Assembly (NCBI RefSeq): GCF_000181795.1
Contig: NW_003526944.1
Span: 2,055,797-2,119,796 of the forward strand
Source of the DNA: Trichinella spiralis
Lineage: Eukaryota
Length of the DNA: 64,000 nt
Reading direction: 5' to 3'
Shown here one piece after another: positions 11,372-25,616 of this stretch (position 1 is its first letter; each line of letters opens with the position of its first letter). The translations under genes and the position numbers were made by a program. The notes under the pieces are model-generated. The model did no database searches. It was not told the origin of the DNA and saw only the letters and a program-made list of their open reading frames with translations.

Positions 11372-13235
11372 TCAAACCGAATCATTTAAACCATCATGAA
11401 TCATCGTAGTTTTACCAATAGATGATGTTGCATAATACAATAATTTCTTTTTAGTGCTTTTGACGTCTCAAATCGTCATAACGAGCCCTAAATTATAATT
11501 CGTACAATAAATTTATTCAACCCGAACGCTTTATAATAAAATTAAGTGAGTGAAACCATTTTTCCACCAGCTTAAAGCGATTACTTGAGTTCTTCCTCTC
11601 TAGATAAATAGTGTTCAATTTCCCGTCGTATCAGATAATTTCCAAAAGCCTCAGAATTTTCTGATAGTTTAATATTACGACATTTTTCTGATCGTCTTCG
11701 AACAGCATTACTGAATGAATTGTATCCGTAGAGTGTCTTTGCCAAATGACGACTATCCGAATGCGTTGGTTCGGCCGGTATAATATTTATCGTTGGAATG
11801 TATCTAAAATGAAATTTTTTCGTCTTTATTGTACACATTTCAGTGAACAATGAGCTAATGATTATTAATAAACAAAAAAATTATCAAATAATAAAACAAC
11901 AACTGCACACAGAATGCATCCTCTACCTACCTCTCCGATGCTCCGCCAAAAATATACGCTGATTTTGCAGGAGAAAATTCTCTACGAACGTCAGCATTTT
12001 TATCAACCGTAGAACCGCAAGCTGAACGTTTATCAGGTTGGGCTTTAACCGACTGATGTGAACGCGCATTTGCGTTGTTATTCTAAAAACTTCTTTCTAG
12101 TATAAAAACAAACTCTTTCACAGTATTCTGCTGATTGAATTTAAAATTGTCGAAAATTTATATTCTCGATGAATTTCAAACATAGCATGCAACCGAGATA
12201 ACATCGAAAATATATCAATGCTATGTTTGAATCATCGTCGAGGCAAATTGAAATTATTTTAACAACAGCAAAACATTCATCATTGAACTATATTATACAA
12301 CGCTTATAAAATGTGAAAAGCAGCAATCTATTTGAATGCTTGAAAAGTGTTAATCGACGTAAACATATATGCGAATATCATACCGCATTTTCTTCAATTT
12401 GTTTAAAAGTCTTGAAATTTTTCAAAAAAACAGAAGATGCGAACGACGGATCTGAGTGTGCTCCTGTAGAGATGTTATCTAATTTTTCCAAAGAATAGCT
12501 GCCAGCTTTGTTAATATTTTCTTTTTGTTTAAATGATGATCGTTGAACACAACGTCTAAATATATACTTTTTTAATTGTTAAATATAAATAAAAGATTAA
12601 GTGAACAAAAATTTTTTCCGTGCCATTGTACCTTATTATCATTATTGGACTGTATTGAAAAAAATATGTACGTATCAGATTGAAATATCTGTAGCAGAGA
12701 GATAATTACCAAATAAAAATAAGACGGACAATAATGAGCAAACAAATAATGAATTGAAATATATTCGGTGTTTGTGATTTGAAAGAATGAAATGGGATCT
12801 GTTTACTTACTTTGCTGATTTGCTGCTTTGTTCTGCTTTTTGATGATCCTCGTCCAGAAAACTGGTGCAGTCGATCAAGCAAAGTTCGACGACGAATCTT
12901 GCCGGCAGTTCGCATTTTTCGTTCTGCAAATGCACCGGCAAACGCATGCCCAGGCTGCGCAACACTTCCGGGTGACGTTTCATGTAGCTGAGCAGAAGCG
13001 CCCGACGGAAATGCGTCGGCTCCAACTTTTCGGCCAGCGTTGAACTGTTGTAATTGGTCACCGTTGGAATTTGTGCCCGGTCAAATTTGCCACCCTCGGA
13101 ACGATGGTTCAACAAAATATCCGGGATTTTGTAGTTGTCGATCTCCCGGCTGATCAATTGCAACTGTTCGGCCACTTCGTGCACGTCCAGGGGCTGCTGG
13201 TTTTCAACGTCGTTCAAAACAACAACACTCTGCAT
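11372..13235 (-). CDS. Hypothetical protein, 6-exon model, no confidently recognised domain
   Basis: Exons ~13235-12811, ~12689-12633, ~12555-12384, ~12082-11931, ~11802-11585 and ~11487-11372 join through GT-AG introns in one open frame ending DGLNDSV-stop. Confidence 0.65.
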
Positions 13236-14826
13236 CGACTTTGCCCTTAATCAAATTTACTTATTTATTACTTAATTTAATAAATTAAATAATTATCCTG
13301 AACGTATGGAAATTTCGAACGATCAAAAAAAATAAATATACAAGTAAATACTTTACTTTGTTAAATTTTCATTCGATTTGTTTTTCCACATGATCACTGG
13401 AAGAATACAGCTATAGGGAGATGATTAAAAAAAGAAAACTCCCTACGCAGAGCAGCAGGTAAACACTGAATAACAATGGAAAGACGTCGCCAAGTGATGC
13501 GAGAAGAAAAAATACGACCGAATCTGTGATGCGTAATTTCAGTTGTAAATGCAGTAAAATGGTGCAAACTCCCCATATTGGCAAACAACGCAAACAGTCG
13601 TCTTGATTCCCCCGACTGATTTGCCAGTCAGAAGAAATACTTAAAAGCTGAATAAATAAACGACGTATGCTTGATTACTATTATTATTCAACGTATATCC
13701 CCCTCCCCCTAAATAGAAAATTTCACATGCAACTGACTGTGCTGCATCACTTACAGTAATCCTGCCAAAAAGAAATTTTCAAAATATTTTTTTTCTTGAT
13801 TCGCAGGCAATATCTTACTTAATAAAGATTTTTCGTGATTCTCTCGTCCTAGTTACTTCCTTTACAGTTTATTGGGAAAAACTGTTGTGGAATCTGAAAA
13901 ACAAAAACAAATAAACATTAATATAATTTAAAAAATCATACCGAAAGCAACTTTCATTTATTAGAAGAAAAAAATTTTCTTGCCCATTTCTTTATTTAAA
14001 TTAATGATATACTTGTTATCAACGCTATTCTCACCTTTACGCCAATCAAAAAAATGCGAACAAGCTATAACAGTAGAAAAACGACTGTGTAAATAAATTT
14101 CAATTTTAATAATATCAAAGCTCTTCAACTGTTGTGGGTTCGTTCTTCTGCAGAGTCGTTGCTGAAAAGGAAGGAGAAATTGTTCTTTTTCCATATTTAT
14201 TCAGTGTCGCTAGTAAATTCTGCAGCTAAAAAGCATCGAGACAACAAGATGATTCGCAGAAGAAGATTAAGATTAAAGGCATCATCATTCAAAATAGAAT
14301 TTTGTATTCAAGTATTCATTCTCAACAGTAGAACAAACCGTACTTCGAATACAAAAGCAGAGAATAATAAATTAAAAACTTATTCTTCTAAAAAAAATTA
14401 TGCAGACAGATCAAATGTGGAAAATTAAACATCACATTCCTTCCTTCGACAAAGAAAGGAATCTGCTTATTAATAAACTGAAATTACTCTACCATAATGA
14501 GCGGTAAAACAATTTTCTTGCAAAAGCAAACACTCCGCCACTGCGAATACAGGTTGTCGCCATTATTCATTCAAAAATGCAGCAAATTTAGATTATTACA
14601 ATTAAAAATGAAAATTCATACTCACGCACACAAACACATGTACATTATACATTACAAAGCGTGAGTATGTGTATGCATGTATGTACGTATGTATGTATGT
14701 GTATATATACGTGTAGGTATAAAATTGTAAATGATGATGAGCATAACGTCGGTCGGTAAAACTGGCACAAAGTTACTTGTTAACTATTTTGTGAGAAAAC
14801 AAAAGCAGCTGAAACTTCGCTTGCTA

Positions 14827-17800
14827 TCAGGCCCAGCCACTGGTAAGCTTGTGAAACAATTCCTCATTCAAGCACTGAGTCTGATCTTTCGATCGCATAG
14901 AACAGAATATGTAGCCGCCGATAAATTCATGCGGAACTTTGCAATCCGCTGACAAGCAACTGAATTCCACATTCTCATCTTCAAATTGTATCTACAACAA
15001 ATTTTTTTTTCGAAAAATAATCATCAAACATTTAAGTAAAAAGTGAAAATTAATTATAGCATACGTAAAGTCGTTTGATTTCCCAATTTACATGCCATCG
15101 CTTCATACTACTGAAACGCCACGTCTTAAGTGAATCACCTGTCTCGAAATTCATACGGATGATACGGTTGTAAGCAATGGCTATCAGTTCCTATATGTGT
15201 ATAAATGAAGAAAAAAGATAGATATATATGAATTAAAAGAAAAAAGAAGAAACAGCAAAACAATCATTTACAGGCTTGTGTCTGAAACGAACAACAAAAT
15301 AGTGGATTCCGAATTCGGGCAACGCTTGCCAGGCGCGGATGTACTGCAGCTTAGTGTCATTCAGTGACAAGTGATTGACATTTTGATGAGCTTCGAGAAT
15401 TCTTTGCACAAGAGATTGTCTAGTGCGCATGCGTTTTGCATATTTCATTGGTAAAAATTCTTCAGGCGTCAAATCAATCGGTGGTACGGTAATCGAATTA
15501 CCGTGACTACTGGTGTGGCTGGCAATCGGATGTTGCATGTCCAGCAATCGACGAATGTTTTCCACTTCTGCTATATAAGATGAATCGGCCATTGTTTTCC
15601 CTTTCACCGCTAACTTGCAAGCGGAAAGCCAACGCGCATACTGATATTCCTGAAGAAAACAAAGACAAATGAATAAATACATATTCATTTATTTATTTAT
15701 ATGTGTACTGACCGTATCACAACGAATCCAAAATTCCGACATGCCTTCCGCAGATGGAATTAACAATCTCAATGAATATTTGTTTTCCGGTAGATTTACT
15801 TCATGACTAACTTCACAGCCTTTCAAATAGATTCTACCAAGCGGCTGGCCGTGACTTTCCGATGACGAAGAATACCAAGATATGTACAAATCTCTGAAGA
15901 CAAAATAGGCACGTCTCCAGCCTTTCAAATTTATCTTTTTCGGTCTAAAAAATTTATTTATTATTTTTTTGATTTTGATCATTCAAAAATATTCACAAAA
16001 TGTAAATAAAATACCTGAAAAATCTCAAATAGTCGCACAATTCTGGCACAGATGTGATATCGTTTCCATGACGTTGAAAAGATGAAATTTGCAACGAACT
16101 CTCGAGCTCGTTCAGCATCACATCGACGTCGTTCACTGCGCTGTCTGTTCCTTCTTCTGCTTTACGTTCAGCTCTAAGTTGAACTTGCAACTGGAAAAAA
16201 AAAGAACAATAAAACAAAAATCACACCAAATCCGAACAACAATATTCATTCATACTTGCAGAGCAGCAAACATGAACGCTTCTTCTTCGGTACAGTCGAC
16301 TTCTTCCAAAAGAATAGCCCACTTGGCCTGTTCATAGATTTGATTTATTCGTACAGGATCATACTGAAATCGATAAATGTGATTAAAATGACGATTGAAA
16401 AAAAAACCACCCTACTATTCTACTACCTTGGGATTCAGGTCGAAAAATGAAAGAAATTTAAATCGCAACAAAATGAGCTGATGTTCAACAATGCCCTGTT
16501 CGAGCAATGATCGACTCGAATCCAACCATCCTTGGTTGAGGGCCGCTTTTTGGGCAAAATTTTTCGGCCTGAACAGACCGTTCAAAATGCCCGGCGCCAA
16601 CACTGGTGGACTGTTCACCAACGTTTGGTCGAAATTTTCTTGACTTCCGGACGTTTCGTGCAACAACGTCGACTCGTACGCTTTCGACGGCGGGATGTAC
16701 GACTCTTGCAAGCCGTTGTTGCTACTGTTGGCCCAATCCGACGAGTTCGACTGGGTCACATTCAGCACATAAGGTGTCGACATGCCATTCTGCAGAAAGC
16801 GGATATATACAAAACAACAACAATATGCATAATAGGAATGAAAAAAAATCAATTTTTTTCTCTTACAATGGCATGCTTGGATGCAGGAGAAAGGGATGAA
16901 GAAGCATGTTGAATTGAATGCAACGAACTGTTCATTGTCACCGGATAATGTTGGCGCGTTTCTGGCTCTGGATTTGGAAGAGACAAATTGTGCGCCGAAT
17001 ACGAATGACTTGTACTTCGTTTCTGGCTTATGTTACTCATGCTAGCCCTTTTTTCCAAAGCATGAGGATATCCTTTGCTCAGAAAATCTGGTTCAATGCT
17101 CCGTTTCAAAGACAACTCTTCCGGGTGTCTTATTCCTACAATTGAATTTTGAAAAATAAAGTTATTTCAATAAATAAATATTTATTTATTTATTCATTTT
17201 CATACCCAACTCTTTGCACAGTTGTATAACAGCATTAAACACTGGCACGCTAAAATCGACCCGCATGGTGATGCACTGCAAGTCGGGTAATTGAATTCGA
17301 GCCAGTTTATGCATTGGCGTAAACTGTAGCATTGAATCAGCGGCAACGCCATATCTAATGAGGAATAAGTTGAACAAACAATGTGAGAAAAAAAATATGC
17401 ATCAAATATACTGATCAAGCGTTGAGCGAGTGTGAGTAAGCCAACGATACTTTTGCGGCCACCACAATGCATGATCAGACCAATCACGAGTTATATCTAA
17501 AAATTCACATTTATTATAAATATTTCAAATTTGAAAAACGAATTAAAAGTATAAAATTTTCAAAAGAAAAATAATTGCTTGCTTGAAGCTTTGTTTAATT
17601 AAAAATAGAAAAAGAATGTCATCACCGTAACGCGTAACCTTTGACCTAGAAAATTTGAAAGCATATACTGCAATGAGCATCTGCCATTTTATGTCTACGC
17701 TCAACTGGAAGCGCTGTCATGACCTTTAGACTTATTCTTTCGAGATCAGCAATAAAACACATGCTAACGCATTGCATATTCTCATGTTGCAAATTTCAAC

Positions 17801-20124
17801 TCAATTTACAAATAAATGCTTGATCACTTTCGCAGTTTTTTAACAACAATTCAAAGTGCTCAAGAAAGCGACAATTTTACTTTCAACTCTTTCAGCTCTA
17901 CCAACTCTAAAAGTGCCTATTTGGGCAGTTTAACTTATAAATTTTACACAAATGAAAATTTACAAGCAAGTTTAACAATTTATAAACATAATCGTGTCAT
18001 TTTGCATTGGAATAAAAATTCAAAGTTCACATTAATTTCGTGAATTAATATTAAAAAGCAATAAGTTAAACAACAAGCCCCAGCTGTTACTACTACTACT
18101 ACTACTACTACATCTGAATATAATAAATTTAATTTCACACGCACATTCAACATATATATCGTGCAAAATGTACATTATAAATTACTGAATATTGGCAAAT
18201 TCATCGCTATGCAATGCTATAGGAGTGTAAAATTCGATTTTTTATGTACAAATTTTGAACGGACGTTCAACAACAATTGACGTTCAAATTCAAGCGAAAA
18301 AATTCGATACATTCGACGGTTGAGCGTTTTCAATTTCAAAATCAACATCAAAAGCTAAGATGATACACAAAAAGCAAGAAGTAATGAACGTCATGCTATT
18401 TGACTAAAATTTATCGCAACCGTTAAATGCAATTGTCACGCGTTTAGACCTATCTTCACAGTTTTCAAAATAGCAATTAAGTCGATGCGTCAATAGCTAT
18501 ACAATTTCAACACTATACTAAATGAACAGACTGGACGAATAAAGCTATGAAAAATCGATCAAAAATTTCGACGTATATCAAATTTAATTCAACCGCTAAT
18601 AATTTATTTTCAACAACCGATGCAAACAAAAAGGAAGGTAATTTTTAAAAAAATAACTTTTGTATTCTTTTCCATGACTACAGTACAATTATTAGTCAAG
18701 TACAAAAACAGTAGAAAGAAAAAACTGTTAAATAAATTCATCAATTGAAAAAACTGCCTGATGGGGCATTTTTACGCAGCTGGTAAACTGTTTTGTAAAG
18801 CTTAAGAACATGTATGAACGTGCAGTTTTGGGTTGATTGTTTCATCAACTGAAACTGTTCAACCGGATAATATACTGTACAATGATTGAATTGAACTTTG
18901 ACGTGTCCCGTATACAAAGTTGACGAGTCAATTAAACGCTACAATGTAACGCATGCTGAAAGCAGAACCAATTTTTCAATTGAGACAGGTTTGCATTTCG
19001 AATCGAACAGATCAGATGGTTGAGCAAAATTCTCTGAATTCCAGTTCGTTTATGGAAATTTCAATTTTTGAGAACAAAACCACGAAAAAACCTACATTGC
19101 CATCCACACGCTACCTATCCTTCGCTGCTGATCTTTGATAAACAGCTTCTGGCAAAGCTACACGAGTGAGCTAATTATAATAATAATAATAATAAACCAA
19201 TGCCGCCAGTTTGCATGGAGTAGCTAGTAAAGGGAAAATTTGCAACGAAACGCACGCGTAGAAAACAACGACCAGCTGCCGCCGTTGTCGTTGTTCATCC
19301 TTTGCTAAGCTAAGTGGGAAAAGCGTGCAGCTTTTCAATAAAACAAGCTTCTCTCTTTCTCTCTCTCTCTCGCTTTCTCTACGCACTGAACGGCAGCAAT
19401 AAATCTGAACGCACCAGAAACAAAGCAGAGGCTAACGTAGGCGCGTCTGGCGAAAACCCACGCCAAGCTTGAATAGCGTGCGTGATGCTTTCTTACGACT
19501 ACCAACATCAACGACGCAAGCGATGACAAAGTTCGTTGTTTAAACGTTCAAATTTTCAGTAAACATTTACTGGTATAAAAAAAGTCCACAACAAGCGTTG
19601 CTGTTATAATCAGCAGAACAAGTTGGCAGTGAAGTTGCAGTGGAACGTACCGCAAATTATTCAAAACTAATGAAAAAGCAAATAAACTGCAACAACACTT
19701 CATTCTTTAATGAACGCTGCTGATCCAATATTTGCGGACAGCTTAGGCCCAGTATGCAACTACCCTGCTGAGGAGAGTCATTGAAAAGAAGAAAAAAAAA
19801 CAAATTTCCGGAGTACGTGCGTCAAAGCAACGAAAAAAAAGCAAATGTTGAAATATTAAAAAATGCGTATATTTAAAAATAGAATTCAAATTCTTTTCAA
19901 CAAAATTCTTTCCAAATAAATAAGGACTATTACTTTTATAAAATAAAATTCAAAGTCAAACAAATTGAACGATTACCTAAATCTTCGACAAGACGTAGCA
20001 TAACGCCACCAATGTGCATGTCGCCTTTGACGCGAAACTGTCGCCTGATGTTCAAATCCGTCACATAGATGGTCAACACCCAAGTACCATCACTAACTAC
20101 CGGCCCGTTGGACATCATCGCCAT
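14827..20124 (-). CDS. unc-112: Kindlin/fermitin (FERM domain with inserted PH domain)
   Basis: F0 motifs [16 protein letters not shown] and [11 protein letters not shown]1 motif [19 protein letters not shown] motif [22 protein letters not shown]3 motifs [12 protein letters not shown] and WHVNWEIK. C-terminus LTSGWA-stop. Confidence 0.97.
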
Positions 20125-20821
20125 CGGCCGAGGCGGAGCCGCGGTTCCCTGCGCTTAAAAACAAACTCTGCTAAAAGAGAGCAACCGAAAATGGAAAGCA
20201 AATAGTTACAATGTCGAATCATGACAGGAAAACCAGAAATGTCCAATCGTGCAATCAGATATGCGTGAAACGTTATATGGCAGCGAAGCTTTCTGACTAA
20301 TGTCAACTGGCCACACCTGATGAGCTACTGTAACTCATCTTATAAACTTGCCTGCATTTCATTTTGTTTTACTGTAATTTTTAAAAGTAATTGATTTTTG
20401 CATAAATTATTTGTTTATTTCAATTTCATTTCATTAAATATATTAGTTGTTATTTATACATTATAAAACCTACTATATTATTAGATTTCACAACAATTTT
20501 CACAAGTAAAATCATCAAAATGAATGCCCTATATTTTTGAGGTGAAATATAAAATGAAATATTTCAATAAAGTTTTTTTTATTTTAGAAAAAGCGGTGTA
20601 AATTACAAGGAAGGTGAATGAAGTATAGCAGAAGCGGAATATAGCATTCAATTTTATACTATTGCTACGACGACGATTCATTGGAATACATCTTAGTCCT
20701 GTCAATCAATTTACACGTATTTTAATTTTGATATAAATTTTAACGGGTTGAATTTGTTACCCAGCAGCACGATCACCTTACTTTAACTTACTTACAAGAA
20801 ACAATTTTATTTTTCAGCATC

Positions 20822-23397
20822 ATGGATACAAATTTCTGGAAATTGTTAAGCGACATGCTACCTTCTCATTATCAAAGCAGAGCAGAAGATGCAATCCGCG
20901 CACGGCAAAGGAGACTGAATCATGTCCTAATACAGGCAATACAAAGTGTTTTCGGAGCATTTATAGTTTACACGTTACTTTTATTTTAGCGTAGAATTCC
21001 AGAGGATGCTTGGGAAGATAGCGACATTGAAGCTCTTTTAAACCTGCTCGCTTCAATGGATTCGAATAATTTTTACAAAGTCAGCGGTGTTGGGGAACGC
21101 GAAGGACGAGTTTTTTCCGCTATTGTGAAACGCCGCAATTATGGGTAGAACAGTTTTTAATTTATTTCCTATTTCTATTTCATCAAGTTGTTCAGTTTTG
21201 GTACGTTGTCGTAAAAACTGTTTAACAATTCTGTTTAACATTAATTGTGAATTAAACATATTTTTAATTTGAATTGATATTTCTAAGTTTGAATAATAAA
21301 TAATAATGTTAGAAAAAGTTTAAAGCGACAGAACACATCGATTACTAATCTACAATATTACAAATGATATTCAGGTACTCTCAAAATATTTATGTTAAAA
21401 TTCGCATTTTGAAGCAAATCCGAATTTATTATTATTATTATTACTAAATTTTGACTGATTTTACTATTTGTAACTTTAAACTTATTTATACAAAATTCTG
21501 TATCATTCTAAACATCACGAATCATCAAAAAAATGTTAGAGCATTCTTACCTGAGCTAATCGCGCTTTTTGATGTCAGAATGATACATGGAATTGGTCGC
21601 TCCGGTGATCTTGCAGAATTGCAACCAAAAGCTTTGGGCTCTTCATTGTTGAATATGCTATCGAATGCTCTCGCTCTTAGTGTTATCCATATTTCAGGTA
21701 AATCAATTTTCAATGAATGAATGAACTGGTTTTCAAATTTGAACGAATTGATCTGAAATAATTCAAAATTTAAGGTATATCTAAATGTAAAAAATGCATA
21801 ATTATTCCTGTAGCAACTGGAATGGCAATGACTCTTTGTCTGATGAATTTTCGGAAAGCAAGACCTCAAGCTACTCATGTAATATGGTCCAGAGTTGATC
21901 AAAAATCTTGCATCAAGTGCATCACAGCTATCGGTATAACTATTCTGACCGGTCATTTAAAACAGATTTGAAAAGTTTGCAAAAAAGAGGATTCATTTTG
22001 ATAAAAATGAGTTATCAAGGACCATGTTACAAGTAATTTGCTCTTTGCAGAAGGTTTAACGCTACACGTTGTGGAACAAATATACCAGCACGATCGCCTT
22101 TGTACAAATGTACCACTGATGCAAGAAACGGTTGAAGTCTTAAATCCTGAAAATGTTCTCTGCATAATCACCACCACTAGCTGCTTTGCTCCTCGTTCTC
22201 CAGACAAGTACGACAAGATGATGATATGATTCGTGGAATTTTCTTTTTTTTGTTGTTGTTGTTTAACATAAAATCTAAAAGTTTCGTGTAAATCCGAATC
22301 TATTCAAATTTCCAATTGTTCTTCAATTCAGCATCGAGCTTGTATCTGAACTGTGTGATCAATTTGACATTCCACATCTGGTGAATAACGCTTACGGTTT
22401 ACAGTCTTCAAAGCTGTGTTCTGCCCTTGACCAAGTAATTGTTGTTCATAAATTCAAGTAGCTGTTCGAAATGATTTCGCTTCATCATTTTTTCAAATTT
22501 CCAACCAGGCAAATCGCCGAGGCAGAGTGGATCTGTTTGTTCAGTCGGTAGATAAAAATTTCATGATGCCCGTAGGTGGTAGCATAGTCGGTGGTTTCAA
22601 GCCGGAAATTGTCGACTCTTTGTCGAAACTATATCCTGGTTTGTTCTACATGTTGACAACAATCCGTTCTAATGTTAGATCCGTAATTTGTCGTTGTTGT
22701 TATAATGCAGGACGTGCTTCAGCTTCAGTAAGCATGGATTTCTTGACAACCATGCTCGCAATGGGTGAACGGCAATATCAGTCCATGCGTTCAGCACGTG
22801 TTGGTCATTTTCAACAACTCCATGCCGGTCTACAAGCATGGGCAGCGAAAACCAACGAGCAGATAATCAATTGTCCAAAAAATAACATTTCCATTGGTAA
22901 AATATACAGACGGATAGAGAGTTAATTTTTCTTCAATTTTGTTCAAATTGGCAAATGTTTTTTTTCTCTAGCTGTCAGCTTGGACAGGTTGGCAGAGAAA
23001 TGCAACGACGACATCAATGAAATCACTCGTCTTGGTTCGATGCTATTTTCTCGAAATGTGACCGGAGCGAGGTAGAAATAAACATCTTCAATAATCACTA
23101 TTATAACAATAACAACGATTGTATACATAATATAGATATATATTTTTTTTGGTCCTGAGTCTTTTTTTCTTTTTTTGTTAATTTTTTTTCAGAGTTGTAC
23201 CGGCCGGTGTGAATAAAATTATAGAAGGGATTGAATTCAAAAATTGGGGCGCGCATTCGTCTATTATGCGACGTCATTATTTCAACGCAGCAGCAGCAAT
23301 TGGAATGCAGTTGCATGAAATCGAACGATTCTTGTCGACGTTGGAATCCACGTATGCAGAGCTGATGAAAAAAATCGAAGAAAAAAATATTCCCTGA
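20822..23397 (+). CDS. SEPSECS: O-phosphoseryl-tRNA(Sec) selenium transferase (SepSecS)
   Basis: Motifs [69 protein letters not shown], the PLP-lysine motif [27 protein letters not shown] and [10 protein letters not shown], spread over about 9 exons. Confidence 0.97.
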
Positions 23398-23976
23398 TTT
23401 CATTTTTCCACTATCCATATATCTGTGAGTGACGACTGACTTTGCGCATTTTGGGCAACTTAGTAAAATTTCACATCCACTACATTGAACAACTGTACGG
23501 TAACTGTGAACATTGCATCCATCGCGAATTCGCGAATATTGATCACACCCAATTAAAAAAAACTAAAATTATCTAATAATAACTAAATAAAAATGAAATG
23601 AAAAACCGCATAAATAAATAATAAAGCACAAAATGAAAGCAAAAAACCAGTACCTAGCACGCATTTCATTAAGCTTAACAAAGAAAAAAAAACTGCATCG
23701 ACACGTGTTACTTTGTAGTGTTGATTGATGCTTTTCGATCAACCTAACTGCGCATGTCAAATTATGGAAATATATTTTTTTCTAGCAAACAAAAAATTCC
23801 AGATAAACCTGACTTTTAACCTATGCAATTTTTTTTCATGAAAAGCGCCAGCCTGTCAGTAGCAATACGCGTTTCAATTATCAGATGTATTCGAATTACC
23901 ATTAATTTCTGTCTTTCTTTTTTGGAAAAAAAATCCAAGTAAAATTTGAAAGATCGAATGCAGCTTACCATCATCG

Positions 23977-25456
23977 ATGATTATGGCGTGGTTCTGCATG
24001 TTGGCTGTGGTTGTCGTCCTCTCAGGTAACGTTTTCATTTTTCGTTACAAACAACTGGCCAATACATGTTCAACAAAACTACTGAAACAAAACTTCCGCT
24101 CATTTAGCTGATTTGGTTGCAAATTTTCACTATACACTGGACTATCGTATAAGAAACTTAGCCAACGCTTTGTAAAAAAATAAAATAATTGTTAATCATA
24201 AATATCTGTTAACTAATTTCTACGATCAAAAAAGATTTGTAATACAAAAACAACACAATAATTAGGTGTTTCAAGTGGTGCCGTTCGAGACTGCTATGAT
24301 GTGCAAAAGCAACAACTTCCATTATTACCTGGAGGATTTTTCATGGTCGACGTTCCGTGTTCTGCGTGCTTAGCCTGCGGCACAGGAAAGCTTGGCTGTT
24401 CAAAGATGGTCCGCTGTGATTTGGAGACCGACGGAGGCGGATGGACGGTTGGTGGTTCACTGTTCACTTTGCCGTACACTTTGTCGTGATCATTTGCACA
24501 AATATTCAACCACTTTGCAGATTATCCAAAGGCGTGAAAATCCGCTTGTGGATTTCAACGGAAACTGGGCCGAGTACAGGGACGGATTTGGCGATGAAAA
24601 TAATTTCTGGATCGGCAATGAATATTTGCACCAGATCAGCAACTACCGACTCCGAAACGGCGGCTTGAAGCTCTGCGTTGAGCTGCTCGACGACGGAAAT
24701 GAAATTCACGTCGACTGTTGGACACATTTCTACGTCGCCTCTGAATACGAACGCTACCTCTTGCTTTTGGGCATTTACAAGGGCTCGAGCAAATGTGAGC
24801 TTTCTTCGCTTTTTCTCTCTTCCACCAGTAACTGATAATTTGACACAATGCCACCACTGAAACAAATCCAATAACTCTACCAATTCCATGTAAATTTATT
24901 CAAATCGCCTTGCATGTTTCTGTTCTTCATTTTGACTTTTTCCACTACCGATTTCAACAATTTCAAATCACCACTCCATTACTCTGTTCATACGATGGAA
25001 GTGAATACATTAATTACAGGATAGTGATTTTCAAGTTCAATAATTAGAAAATTATCAAAGAATTAGAACTGACAAATTGTATTTTGTCAATTTTTCCTGA
25101 AGCTCTCTGAATTCTTTTTCAATTAATTATCAAAATAATTTTAAACATTTGAACATTTAATTATTTTCATTCATTTTACAGATGATAATTTTCTGTCAAG
25201 TCGTGGCAGAGTGTTTGCCACTTACGACAATGATAACAGCGCGATGCCAGTAATTCAGTGTGCTTCTTACTGGCAGACCGGGTGGTGGATGAATTTACAA
25301 TGTCGGCCTGAAGGAACTCTGAATCTTCCATTGCAGTCAAGCCCGAGCACGCCATACATTGAAGGCATATTTTGGCGTACAAGAAATCAAGGACTAAAAC
25401 ATATTGTTAAAACGGTGATGAGAATTCGACCTATGAATGTCAGATTTGATTTTTAA
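23977..25456 (+). CDS. Secreted fibrinogen-related domain (FReD) protein
   Basis: Hydrophobic N-terminal exon (MIMAWFCMLAVVVVLS), then RDCYD, CDLETDGGGWT|IIQRR, DFNGNWAEYRDGFGD..FWIGNE, FATYDNDN, CASYWQTGWW and KTVMRIRP. About 5 exons. Confidence 0.92.
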
Positions 25457-25616
25457 TTCAATAACGAATTACAAATATAAATAAAAAGACACTGTATTTT
25501 TGTATTCATTTTTGCAAAGAATTCAACTGAATTTCAACGTACAAATGTAACAATTGTAATAACTTTGCGCATGTTTACAAAAGAAGTTCCAATTCGAACG
25601 AATGAGATCAGCAGAT

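Noticed and set aside
18085..19380. Microsatellites (TAC)n and (CT)n in the unc-112 intron, with similar ones elsewhere
   Set aside because: Ordinary short simple repeats.
23420..23480. Hairpin in the SepSecS 3' region as a possible SECIS
   Set aside because: It lacks the apical AA and the 3' GA of the kink-turn core, and the gene has no in-frame internal TGA.
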